NCBI RefSeq assembly: GCF_009914755.1
Contig: NC_060927.1
Length of the DNA: 64,000 nucleotides
Reading direction: 5' to 3' (one strand)
Origin: the human T2T-CHM13v2.0 reference genome, Homo sapiens
The translations under genes and the position numbers were made by a program. The notes under the pieces were generated by a model. It ran no database searches. It was not told where the DNA came from and saw nothing but the letters and a program-made list of their open reading frames with translations. Below are positions 28,192 through 41,914 of the stretch, one piece after another; position 1 is the stretch's first letter; each line of letters starts with the position of its first letter.

Positions 28192-28548
28192 TACCGTATC
28201 TACTTTTAAAATTTTTTACCACAAAATGTATATACCTTCTTATAATCTACAACAGGCAGAATGTAAATTTTAACAAATAGGCGATCATAGCTTTTTATTT
28301 CAGTATTTCAGGTATGATGTACTTTATAGAACAGAGAAGTGTCTCCACCAAATCACTTGCTAGCAATCTGATATATTGTGATTTGATAGCAATTCAATAA
28401 CACACAATTATCAAATGATTTAATTAACCTAGAAACAAATATCTGCAAATTAGAAACTAATTTTAAATATCTTGCAAAATTCTCCATTCCCATCAGGTCT
28501 GCAAATGTAAGATCTTGCAAATGAAAAGAAACAAGATCTGATCACAGA

Positions 28549-29344
<796 letters not shown>

Positions 29345-29489
29345 AAGGAAAAGGGTACTTTGCTTTTCTGATGGACCACCACTGAGCCACAATGGTGGGG
29401 CAGTAAAAATACAGAAGATGAGAACCTCTGGAATGAGAAACACCTATGTTCAAATTTCAGCTCTCACTTATTTGCTATATTATGATAAA

Positions 29490-29521
29490 ACACACAGACA
29501 CACACACACACACACACACAA
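29490..29521. repeat. (CA)n microsatellite
   Basis: CA run. Confidence 0.9.
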
Positions 29522-30760
29522 GCTGTTATTTGATGCATGTAATAATTTTTAGCTTAAACTTTGCAAAAAATTTATGTAAAATCATAACTTGGTCCCATAA
29601 TTCTTCAAATATATAAAAAACTCATGCCCCTTTGGGAATAAACTTTTGAGCAAAGATGCAGAGCAAAATGATAGCACTGTTTCTTACATATTCACGCTGT
29701 GTTTAATCATCATAAATGTCATGACTTGTGCTTATACCTGCAAGCTGAAGTTTAGAACAGAAATACATATCCAATTAATTTTGTTACAACTATAAATATC
29801 AGGAACTCTTTCAAAATCCAGAAAAAGGGATTTGTTAGTTGTTTTTGTTGTTTGAGTCAGTGTTAGTTATATTTAATTAATATGACTTCCCTCCTATGAG
29901 TACACAGAAATGTGCAAAGAAAACATCCAACTTTACTTATCCCTAAAGATTTTTAAAGTAAACCATGACAGTAATACCTTTCTAACACTTGATTACAGAA
30001 TCACATTTGAACTATGTACAAGATCTTAGGATGTTGGAGGTGGTAGGACTGTTCCTGTTTTTTCACCATGCTATGAGTACCATAAGTAATTTCTTCTAAC
30101 AAAAGGTTTTTCAAAGGTCTATTATGGCTAAGTTGTTAAAACTGCTGGTAAATGGTCTGAGGGTTTCACTAAACCACAAACCTTTCTGCAGGTTTCTTTT
30201 TTCCTTTTTTTAAAAAAAATACGTATTAATTTCCCCATGGGTATACTACACCTTAGGAACTATTTTTTTTCCCATGAAATGGAATAGCCCTTTGGTTGAA
30301 GGAAATAAAAATATGTTGCTGTTATTCTTAGCCATTAAACCAATATTTGCTTTAGTCATAATAGAATTCCTTTTATAGAAGCCAGTTAAAGGAAAATCCC
30401 TTCAAAATTACAACAACAAAAAAATCCCTCCAAAACTATATGCTTTTAAAGATAACTATACATTTGAGGAGAGATGTGACTAGAATCATTTCAAGAATTA
30501 TTTTCAACTATAATTAATTAAACTATTGTCTATTTGTTTTTTTCTTTTTGCTTTCTCCTTTTGTTTTGAACAGTTGCCTAACTAAGTGATACCAACCCCA
30601 GACAAAGTCATTAGCACTAGAAGATGCAGAGTGTGCAAGAAATATAAAACCTTTCCCGAAATGTGAAAAAGCCAAAGCTGATTTTGAACTCTTTAGATTG
30701 TACCTGACTAGCTCTAATAAAAACTCAGGATTCAGGTGACCCATAGGTGCCATGTGGAAG

Positions 30761-31542
30761 TGTTACTGGGGGTCCTTGCTCCCAGAGCTCCCAAGAGGGT
30801 GGTGGGCTGCTTCCAAAATGGCGGCAGGCAGCTTTCAAGATGGTGGCAAGCCTCGTGTTCTCTGACGTGGGGTTCTTGGCCTCACAGATTCCAAGGAATG
30901 GAATCTTGGGCCATGAGGTGAGTGTTATAGCTCTATTAGAAGCCGTGGGTCACGGAAGAGAACGTGGAACCCAGTGACTAGTGTTCAGCTCGATTAGGAC
31001 GAACCTGGGCACTCAGCTGTGCAGGAACAATGGCAAGCCTCTAGCAGAATCAGGAGCGGCAATGGGCGCCTTGCTGGATCAGGAGCACAGTGGACACCCT
31101 GCTGGATCTAGAGGGATGGAAGTCAGTGGCGGGTCTGTGTCTGCGACAGCGGCAAACCCCAGTGGTGGATGGCGAGCGAAAGCTCAGCTTGAGCTGTAAC
31201 AAACACAGACCAGAGAGTGCAGTTGCAAGATTTAACAGAGTGAAAACAGAGCTCCCATACAAAGGGAGGGGACCCAAAAGGGGCTGCGTTGCTGGCTCGA
31301 ATGCCTGGGTTTATATCCCTATCATTGTCCCTCCTGCTGTGCTCTCAGACAATAGATGATCAACTATTTCTTTACCTCCTGTTTTTGCCTAATTAGCATT
31401 TTAGTGAGCTCTCTTTACTCCCTGATTGGTTGGGTGTGAGCTAAGTTGCAAACCCCGTGTTTAAAGGCGGATGCGGTCACCTTCCCAGCTAGGCTTAGGG
31501 ATTCTTAATCGTCCTAGGAAATCCAGCTAGTCCTGTCTCTCA
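30761..31542 (-). mobile_element. HERV-W solo LTR (LTR17), full length ~782 bp
   Basis: Reverse complement begins TGAGAGACAGGACTAGCTGGATTTCCTAGG; TG..CA ends; near-TSD gaag/aaag. Confidence 0.93.
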
Positions 31543-32562
31543 AAAGCACTTAAGTCACAGACACAGAGAATAGTCTTCTTTGGAACACTCATCAAATTTG
31601 CCTAAGTGAATATGGAAGGGAAGAATCGTTGCAACTTCATAACACATTGAATCACATTAGTTTTAGCCTATACAAAATACATAACCCTTTCCTTAATGGG
31701 TGTTGCTTGGTTATTGTTGCCTTTATCTTTCTTTCTTTTTCTACTTCTGAACAAATATCCTATCCCACTTCCTGCTAATGTTAAGGTAGAGGTTAGAGGG
31801 TAAAATATACACTCGCAACTCTGTAAAACAAGTAAGGCACCAGATATTCAGTTTTGGATTATCATATCAAACTGAAGTCAGCTCATTAATCTACTATTTT
31901 CTCCCTAAGATTCCAAATCGACACTCTTACGCAATTTAGTAGTTACCAAAATGATTAATAGGTTTCTCTGGTGCTAACCTAATTGCTATGACACTAAAGA
32001 CAAGAACATTACAAAAGATAAAGCATTGAGGTGAGAATTACCTCCCTCCTAGGCAACAATCAGCAGTTCAAGGCAATTCGCCAGCTTCTTTGAGCAACGA
32101 ACAAATTACTGTCACCAACTATGGTTTTCGCCTTTCTGGATTCAAATGGAAGATGTTATTAACAAACCCTCATGACCAGGTCACTATTTTCTGTCTTATC
32201 CAAAGCTTATGTTATAAAATTTCTCCTCCGGAAAAAAAAAAATTCATTAAAAAAATTCTAATTAGTATTCTTACATTTCACTTTCACATAGCATCATATT
32301 TCCATATGTGCCATAGACTGAGTTTTACTTAATGTAATATCACTAACCTAAAATCAAATGAATGTGTAGATGTATTTAACAAACAAGAAGTGAAGTGCAG
32401 AAAAGGCAATAATCTGAAGACTCTATGCGTTAGTTCCATTTGTGCCATGTGTATATTTCCAAGGAATGTACTTTTCTATCAAAGTACCCACAGTATTGTT
32501 TTAGCTTTTTCATTTGCTTTTCTCTGTTTAGATGACCTATTCATAAAATGTCCTGTGGGCTA

Positions 32563-33687
32563 TGTCGACAAAAGGAGTCAAACTCTTTGAAATATTTGAA
32601 GAAATTTATTCTGAGTCAAATATGAGTGACCACGGTCTGTGACACAGCCCTCAGGAGGGCCAGAGAACATGTGCCCAGGGCTGTCAGGGTGCAGCTTGGT
32701 TTTATACACTTTTAGGGAGGCATGAGACATCAATCAAATACATTTGAGAAATACATTGGTTTGGTCCAGAAAGGCAGGACAATTTAAAAAGTGTGGAGGG
32801 GGCTTCCAGGCTATAGGTAAATGTAAACATTTTCTGGTTGACAATTGGTTGTGTTTTTCTAAAGACCTGGGATCAACAGAAAGGAAATGTTCAGGTTAAG
32901 ATAAAAGATTGTGGAGACCAAGGTTATTTTGAAGTCTCACAGTGGCTGCCCTTAAAGAGGAGAGATGACAACTGTTTCCTATTCAGACCTTTAAAAGGTG
33001 CTGGACTCTCAGTTAATCCCTTCAGGATTGGGAGGGCCTGGAAGAAAAAGATCTAGCTATGTTAATAGAGATTTTTTGCAGATGCAAATTTTCTCCCACA
33101 AAGGATGGCTTTGCAGGGCCATTTCAAAATAAGGCAAAGAAACATGTTTTAGGGTAAAATATTTTGATTTTCTTCTTAGTCATGTAATGTTATGCCAAAG
33201 TCAAATTGGAAAGTAAGTCACAATGAGGCAAGAAAATAGGGTCTGGAGGCAGGGAACATAAGGCCAATTCACACTTCAGCTATAACAGGAAATATCCTCT
33301 CCACAGGGCATACCTCATAAATGTAACTTTACTTCATCCTCTCCATTTACATAAGGTGTACCCAAAGTAACCAATGGAATCCTCTAGGATGTAAACTCCC
33401 CAAAATTCTGTAACAGGGCCTTTGAGCCCCTGTGCTCAGGCCTGCAACCACACTGTGGGGTGTACTTTCATTTTCAATAAGACCCTTTATTCCATCCTTG
33501 CTTTGTGCGTTTTGTCCAGTTCTTTGTTCAAGACACCATAAACCTGGACACCCTCCACCTTTAACAACAATATATAGAGTTCAATAAAACCTATCTGATG
33601 AGAATTTGTGGTTTGTAGGGCATAACTCCCCAGAACCCTTAGATCGGAATTTGGACAAGATGAGAAAAAATCAGAGCTTAGTCCTCA
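32563..33687 (-). mobile_element. MER4E-like solo LTR interrupted by MER51
   Basis: Reverse complement starts TGAGGACTAAGCTCTGATTTTTT; homologous to copies at 39927 and 62526. Confidence 0.85.
33224..33566 (+). mobile_element. MER51(A/B)-like solo LTR
   Basis: tgaggcaagaaaatagggtctggaggcagggaacataaggcc...ttaaca; perfect 4-bp TSD acaa. Confidence 0.85.
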
Positions 33688-35689
33688 ACTACAAGGCACC
33701 AAAAACACATACTAAAAACCGAATAATCAATAAAATCTTAAATTTTCTGTTTCTTTTTTTCTTAGTGTTTACAAATTTCTCACATTAAATTGAAATATGA
33801 CTTTCAATTAGTTAAATGACTATGAGTTAGTTATTTTCATAACAAACCTAAGTCTCCTTTTATGCTATCTTCTACCAAAACCAAGTTCATTAATAGATGC
33901 CTGTGTTTTTTATTTAAATCCCTGAACACGAGTGATGGAAACATAAATTTCTAAATTGAAAAAAATGTGTATGTGCTGATACTGTTGACTACATGTTCTA
34001 TCCTATCATCTTAATATAATCTGCAATACCTGTAATTTCCCCTAAAATAGAGTTTGTCAGTTAAAAGAGAAATATTTTCTTTCCTTTTGTACTTTGTGAT
34101 TCCAATACTTTATTAATCTGTTTAAAAAAGACATCCTAGGTTTCTTTAGGTTCTCTACTTGGTGGCATTGCCACCACTGAGTTTTTATTATGTAAATTAT
34201 TGCAATCTGGTTAGCTCCTTCCGTCTTGTTTCTTAACAAAAGGGGTCTGCAAGTGCTAATCAAAATGTTGCAATTTACATATTAATGAAGTTTTTATAAT
34301 GACATTTCCTTCATACACAGGGTGAGCAAAAGGGAGACTTTTTATCCTTTTTTGAGAAAGCAACCACAAAATTTTGACCTTATGAAGTATCTTTGAAACT
34401 TTCCAAAGCTGATTAGAATAGCGTTGATGTATTTTAATCAGATACAGAAAGACTTTACAAAGTATGAGCTGCACACTTGCTGTCGTAATGCTTATAAGCA
34501 CTAATTTTTTTGTATACATTCATGTACTTGTAATTGCACAAAATGCGAAGGACACATTTGGCGGTGAGGATGCTGTGCACAATCAACTCCTAATCATTTT
34601 CAGGAAAGGATAAACATTCCGCTAAAAATGAGGAAAGACAAGAAATGTTCAAAAGCATGTCAAAAGTGTCCAGCTGTTTTCATAGAATATAGGTGATTTC
34701 CTGGTGCTAGCAAAATCCAGAAGAAACGTTATAATAACTAGAAATGTCTATAATTGTGAGGAAGCCCAAGTATGAAGATTCACAAAAATAGAATAAGTGG
34801 ATGAAATTAGTTAAAACAACCTTCTTAGTAATGAGGTACTCTGATTATAAAAGTACTTTGACTCTTTAGAATGTGTCACTGAACACCAAGCTGAAAAAAC
34901 AAATTAACAGTCTGTCACTAGAGCATGATCTCCCACAGACAATATGCTCATAAATGAAAAGACAGAGAGTCCAATATTCATTATTATTCAGTCAATGACA
35001 TTATTAGGAAATTCAGGCAAGGAACAACTTGTGTCATATTTTCTTTAATTATCAAATGAGCGTATATAGGCACAACATTTGTAATGAGAATTATTTTTCA
35101 ATCAGTAACATTCTTAAAGACTATTTATCTACATAAATATATATATTTAGTGTAGTTATAGATATATGCTAAAAGAGAAAAAAGATAAAAGTGGCCCAAA
35201 TATTTTTGTCTGATTTCCTAATTATACTATACAAAGTATTTTATATGAAAAATTTATTGTCGCTAACAAGCCTGAAAAATTGCACTGTTTTTCCAAATTA
35301 AACTCCTTCCCCCCCCAGAAAATTGGTGTGAAAATTAGTAATTTGTTAGTTATTTCTAAGAGTAACAATGTAATATTTGATTTGTTTCCTCTAAAATAAT
35401 TTTGTTATAAGAGACAACTTAGTATCTAAGATCAGCAAAATTTTTAGGATGTTGAACACTCTTAATAAATGTTAAAAATTAACTAATGTATCATAAAATA
35501 GTTCCTAAATCTGAAAAAATAAATATATATGTAGGTCAACTTACCTTGAATTAAATATTAGCTAAATTTTTTTTAGAAAATGGCAGTTGATGAGAACAGA
35601 CAATTTGTGTTTTAGATTCATGGAAAGACACCCCAACGAGTGAAATAATAAGACAGGTCTTACTTCTTTTCACAACAGGACAAGGACAC

Positions 35690-35830
35690 CCATTCAATTG
35701 GATTAGATGACGTGATGCCAAGAGCCATTAATCCAATCATTGACTTGTGCCTGCAAGTGCTGCCATTTAGACACATGAAACCACTTCCAGTCACATCTGG
35801 CCACTTGGGCATGTGAGTTGGCACAAGCAT
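35690..35830. promoter_or_regulatory. Candidate developmental enhancer (K50-homeodomain/CRE/NFI/E-box cluster)
   Basis: GGATTA and TAATCC inverted pair around TGACGTGA and TGCCAA; CATCTG; CAAGTG; in unique DNA. Confidence 0.45.
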
Positions 35831-36494
35831 GCTATGGAAAGAATAAATGTCCCTGCCCAAACTACTCCAAATCGTTTAATATTTTGAGGTCATTTCTCTT
35901 TACAAAGAAGAATCCTTAAAACTAAAAAACTCTCAGCTGGGCATTTATGATCCACAGAAAGTTTATTTTTCTTTCTCTTCTTCACTTGAGTGGTTTGGTT
36001 TCTGAATAGCTTCAATCTAGCTCCAGGCTTTTGAACTGTTGATTGCTCATGTTCAGGCATTGATTTCAGGTTTTGCCAATTCTTTGAAATTGTACTTAAT
36101 TTCAAAGGACTTCCATCACTTGCTAGAAGACCAGTTAGTGTAGAAGTGGACAAATGACTTCCCTCTGGGGAAACTGACCTTTTCCAACCACAGGTGTACA
36201 TAGGCCTCTCAATGACAGAGAGTAATGGTTCTAATCTTTTGCTGATTTTCCCACAGGTCTCACAACTATTTCAGTCTCCAAAGGGGAAAAAAATATTTGC
36301 TTAATTTTGTTTGCTATTGTGTATCCCCATCCCCATTTATAATTACTAATGCTAAACATGACTGAATTTATACACTTGAACTGTTTTAAACACATTAAAC
36401 TATAAACTCTGAAGAACCGAATGATATACAATTGTTAGTTATCTTTTTTTTATAGTACATGGTCATCCAAAATTAAAACCACGCGTGCAAACTT

Positions 36495-36546
36495 ATACAC
36501 ATACACATACAACACACACACACACACACTCTTTCTCTCTCTCTCT
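36495..36546. repeat. (CA)n(CT)n microsatellite
   Basis: acacatacacatac...cacacacactctttctctctctctc. Confidence 0.85.
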
Positions 36547-37179
36547 TCAGTAACTCAACTAAAGCAATACAGATGCTTTAGAGATTCAATTATTTTCTAA
36601 TTCTTTCTTTGCAATCATCAAATTCTGAACCACTCTTTGCTGACTTGGCTCTTTTATGAAACCTCACTGTGCCTTGTCTGTTTACCTCAACTTTATGCTG
36701 TGATTGTTTCTGGTACTATTTGATTAGAATACATAACAGCTGGAACTTGTCAACTTAATACATTTTTCCTCAAGAGGTATATTTGGGGTTATTTGACTTT
36801 AACTTAATCAAAACAGCATCAACATGGTTTCACCCTCCTTTTCTCATCTCAAAATGAAAGTGTAGGAGACCAGAGAGTAAAATCATGTTGTACTAATCGG
36901 GCTTTTTTTTTCCTTCCCCCAAGGCTAATACCTGGTACTCACAGAGTTTTGCCAGCCTAAGACTTATAAAATTATAAGTATATGTCAGGGTATCTGAAAA
37001 GAAACAAAGGAAGCATTTGGTTCAACTTGGATTTGCTGCAGATAAACAAACCTGGAAACACATTAAGACTCTATTAGGCAAATCCTATTGGAAAAAAAAA
37101 ACTAAAAATACCATTAAACAATGTCACCAATGCCGAAGAGTGAAGTCATTACAATTTTAATTGATCTTCTGTTTGACAT

Positions 37180-37738
37180 TGTAGGGGAGAAAAAAATTTT
37201 TTTTTCTCACCCATCACTAGGTTCATGGCTAAGATACCTATAACAAAAGACAGACTAACAAGAGAAAAGCCTAGAAACTTCCTCAATATAAGTTTTTTGC
37301 TAACAAATTAAGTTTTATGTGACACACAGTCTTCATAAATAAAGACCCAAAGAAATAGGGAAACCTGTTTTGTTTTGTTTTTTTTTGTTTTTTTTTGCTA
37401 AGTTAGATAAAGAAGTAGATAGCTGTGGACAAGTATGACTGGAAAAAGGGGGTATAATCTATTAATAATAAACAGAGGGAACGAACTTGGTGAGGCCTGT
37501 TTGCTCAGACTCGTTTCTATCTTTCTTTGCCTTCAGAGATAAGGATATATTTTTCTTCCAGGCGTAGGGTGAGCATTTCTCAAATGAAGGCCTTATAACC
37601 TACTTTAAAGGAAGAACAGGGAATTCTTTTATGGCCTATTTCAGGGGAAAAGGGTCTGGGAATATCAGAGTGACCTTCCGGCTTCTACTGTTTTTCTCAA
37701 TGCCATATTTCAGGGTAGCGTGGTTCTGGACCCCAACA
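37180..37738 (-). mobile_element. MER31-like solo LTR
   Basis: tgtaggggag...gccatatttcagggtagcgtggttctggaccccaaca; 4-bp TSD acat. Confidence 0.75.
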
Positions 37739-38014
37739 ACATTGTATTTGTAAGCCTTATTTTCTATGTTTAAAGCAAAATGTATTTAAAATATTTTAAA
37801 CAGAGGCTCAACAAATTCCCTAATAGCACTAGAAAATAATTATTTCACTTTTAAAGGGCTTGTAAGAGCTTAATAAACCAATTTTCAAAAACAAATATAT
37901 ACAGAATTCACAAATGAAAATGAATAAGAATATAATACTAATAACACACTTACTAGAAAACAGTGATGCATTAGACACATCTTGACAGGTTGCAAGCTCT
38001 TTAATTTTTTTAAT

Positions 38015-38118
38015 ATTTTTTCTTTTCTTTCCTTCCTTCCTTCCTTCTTTCCTTCCTTCCTTCCTTTCTTTTGCTCCTTTTCCCCTTCCTTCCTTCCTCC
38101 CCACTTCCTTCTTTCTTT
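38015..38118. repeat. (TTCC)n pyrimidine tract
   Basis: ttccttccttcc low-complexity run. Confidence 0.85.
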
Positions 38119-38786
38119 GAATTACTTCCTCTCAAATTTTTTTCTATACTATGCCAAGCCAATCATAGAGAAAAGTTTCTATAAATTTTTCCTCCATCTC
38201 ACTCCTCTTTACAGGTTTCTTGTGCCCTACCTAATGAAATCGGGAGACTGTTATTAAGGAGGTCTCTGACTGTACCAGCATTTTGCAGTTACTCTTCCTA
38301 TTCTATCTCTCATCTCTTCATAGGTGGGATGTTCTCAAGTCTCTCAGTTTCCTAGTAAGAGCAAAGCTTTATTTCAATTGTTTGAAAAGGTTTCCATTGC
38401 GAAATCTTCTCACAGTTTGAAATTCTGGCATAGAATCTTGGAAGCAGATCATAACTAGACATGATATTTAAAAACCACATTTCGCATTTTTAGCACTAAG
38501 TCAAAATGTAAAAATACTAAAACTTTTCACTGGGAATATTTTTTTCCTTTAAATGGAAAAATATGAATTATTTACATTTATTAAATAAACTGCTCAATAC
38601 ATATATTATTTACAGCACTCTTCACAGGTTTGAGTTTATTCACGTAGGAACATAAAATATATTGTATGTATCAAATGATTTGTGTATTAAATTACTGTTT
38701 TCGAGGGTTTTACTTACCAGTCAGAATTTCCATTCTTATCTCCTTCTTTGTCAATGTTCCTCCATCTTGTTCTTAACCTATAGTTT

Positions 38787-39403
38787 TGTTAGGGCTCAGA
38801 AAGTGATACCTCAGAGACTGACACTTTGGCTGAGAGTCCTTAGACACTTCTCAGAGTCAAGGTCCATCTAACCTTATTTTGTTTCTCCCCACCCCCAACT
38901 GTAAAAAGAGACTCTCTCTTTCTCTGGAATTTCCTTCTTTGACCAAGAAAGCTTCTTTTCAAAATAAACACAATTTCCTTCCTTCCCTCCCTGAAATTTT
39001 ATTTTCTTTCTCAGAAGAAAAGACTGAGGAATCCAGCCATACTAACCATACCTAGAGGGACTTTTTTTTTTTTTTAAACAAAATTACAATGCTTGCATCT
39101 GGGATTCATTCAAATTACAAGGAGAATTACTTATAAGTTAATCTCTTTTCATCCATTCTCCTGAATAATCATTTGCTGCCACTTGAAATCATTATCTATT
39201 TCCCCACCTTTCCCTGCTCCCATGAAAAAGAGTATTTAAGCTTTTATACCCCATTTGGTTATTGGTTAATCATTTTTCCAGCGATTTTTCCCATGCTATG
39301 CTCATTAAAATAAAATTTTGTATGCTTTTCCTTTTATTAGTCTGCCTTTTGTCAGATGCAGATTTTCAGAATGCAAAAGGGAAGTTTTCTCTTAGTCTCT
39401 ATA
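38787..39403 (+). mobile_element. MER4-group ERV1 solo LTR (subfamily uncertain)
   Basis: tgttagggctcagaaagtgatacctcagagac...aataaaattttgtatgcttttcc...aagggaagttttctcttagtctctata. Confidence 0.65.
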
Positions 39404-39926
39404 GTTCATTGACTGGGACCTACATAGCAGCTGATTTTTGCAGGCACAACACAAACACATACGTGATTCCTATAGTGTGGACTCTCCCTATGATTCACAA
39501 AAGCATATCTGAATGGAAAAGTGTGAAAAAGATATCACCAAAATAATTTTAAAAATATTTTCAATAGACAAAAGAGAAGTAATTCACTTGTAAACTTTAG
39601 AATGTTAGTTAAGATTACTCATACCACTAATGATAATAACATATAGCATCAATGACACTGATTGAGTTCCATTGTTCTGCCCTACCAATTCAATAAGTAC
39701 CCTATCTATTTATTTTATTGTCTACAACTTCTTGGGGCTTAGAAACAATACCTCAAAATGAAGACCTCAGAAATAGCCTCAGAAGTTAAGTTTTTCTTTG
39801 ATCTTCTCCCGTACTCCTTCTCTCAGTCCCATTCCCCCTCGAGGCTAGCCGTAAAAAGTAGAATCCCTCTTTCCCAAGGTCATGGAAACCAGAACTCCTT
39901 TTCCCCAAAGCCAGGCATAAAACCTA

Positions 39927-40688
39927 TGAGGAATAAGCTCTGATTTTCCTTTTTAATCTTGCCCAGATTCCTATCTAAGGGGTCTGGGGAGTCATGCCCT
40001 ACAAACCATAAATTCTCATCAGATGGGTTTTATTTAGCCCTATATATCGTCATTTACTCTTGCATAACATTAGGAAACAAGGAAGAAAATAAAAATATTT
40101 TACCCCAAAATGTATTTCTCTGCCGTATCTTGAAATGGCCCTGCAAATCTGTTCTTGGTGGGGGAAAATTTGCATTTGTAAAGATTCTCTATTAAAATAA
40201 CTAGATCTTTTACTTCCAGATCCTCCCAATCCTAAAGAGATTAAGTAAGAGTCTAGCACCTTTTTAAAGGTCTCAATAGGGAACATTGTCATCTATTGTC
40301 TCTAAGGGCAGCCACTATAAGACTTCAAAAGAATCTTGGTCTCTACAATCTTTTATCTTAACGTAAACATTTCCTTTCTATTGATCCCAGGTCTTTAGAC
40401 AAACTTAACCAATTGTCAATCAGAAAATGTTTAAATTTACCTATAGCCTGGAAGCACTGCCTACTTTGAGTTGTCCCGCCTTTCTGAATCAAACCAATGT
40501 ATTTCTTAAATGTATTTGATTGATGTCTCAGGCCTCGCTAAAATGTATGAAACCAAGCTGTGTCCCGACCACCTTGGGCTCATGTTCTCTGGATCTCCCG
40601 AGGGCTGTGTCACGGGCCATGGTCACTCATATTTGGCTCAGAATAAATCTCTTTAAATATTTTACAGAGTTTGACTTTTTTATTGTCA
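39927..40688 (+). mobile_element. MER4E-like solo LTR
   Basis: tgaggaataagctctgatttt...cagaataaatctctttaaatattttacagagtttgac...tgtca; near-TSD ccta/tcta. Confidence 0.85.
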
Positions 40689-41044
40689 TCTAAAAATATA
40701 ACTCTAACTGTCCTTCCACCTTTTTATATAAAATCTAGTCATAAAGAAATTATCCATCCTAGCTTGTTGGACTGTAGGTCATAAGATCTCCATTCTAGAG
40801 AGGGTCCTGCCCCACAGCCAGATGGAAGAAATCCATACTTAGAGAGGGCAAGGAGACTCTGCGCAGATAGGCCTTACTACGTTTCCCCACCAAATCTACT
40901 AGTATTACACTATGCCTGTTTGTCCATTTATATTTCTACACAGCTGTTCATACTTTGTTGAACCTAAGCATAAAAATGGACCCTTTATCCTCAGGTCTTC
41001 ATTCTGAAGGCTCTCATGTATATGTATTAAATAAATTTGTATGA

Positions 41045-41384
<340 letters not shown>

Positions 41385-41604
41385 GTGAATTGATTTTTCA
41401 GTGAAACTTTAGAGGGCCAAGGAACCTTTGGCCCCTACACACTGCTTATATTTTATGTGATTATTGATACACACGAGCTTAAACATTTTTATCTTAAATA
41501 ATAATAATATCTTAAATATTAATAATAACAATAATAAACTTTCTTAAATCCCATATCCCACTCTGTATGTTGTCTTAGCTCTATTTAAAAAAAGTCTACC
41601 AGTT

Positions 41605-41902
41605 GGCCGGGCATGGTGGCTCACACCTGTAATCCCAGCACTTTGGGAGGCCGAGGCGGGCGGATCACGAAGTCAGGAGATCGAGACCACCCTGGCTAAC
41701 ACGGTGAAACCCCGTCTCTACTAAAAAATACAAAAAATTAGCTGGGTGTGGTGGCGGTGCCTGTAGTCCCAGCTACTCAGGAGGCTGAGGCAGGAGAATG
41801 GTATGAACCCGGGAGGCGGAGCTTTCAGTGAGCCGAGATCGCGCCCCTGCACTCCAGCCTAGGCGACAGAGTAAGACTCCATCTCAAAAAAAAAAAAAAA
41901 AA
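41605..41902 (+). mobile_element. AluY
   Basis: ggatcacga..gatcgagacc..cctggctaacacggtg; TSD aaaaaagtctaccagtt. Confidence 0.95.
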
Positions 41903-41914
41903 GTCTACCAGTTA

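Noticed and set aside
28440-28525. Four TGCAAA(T) octamer-like motifs
   Set aside because: None is a full ATGCAAAT; plausible by chance in AT-rich DNA.
37829-38257. 91-aa ORFs on both strands
   Set aside because: They are translations of the (TTCC)n low-complexity tract.
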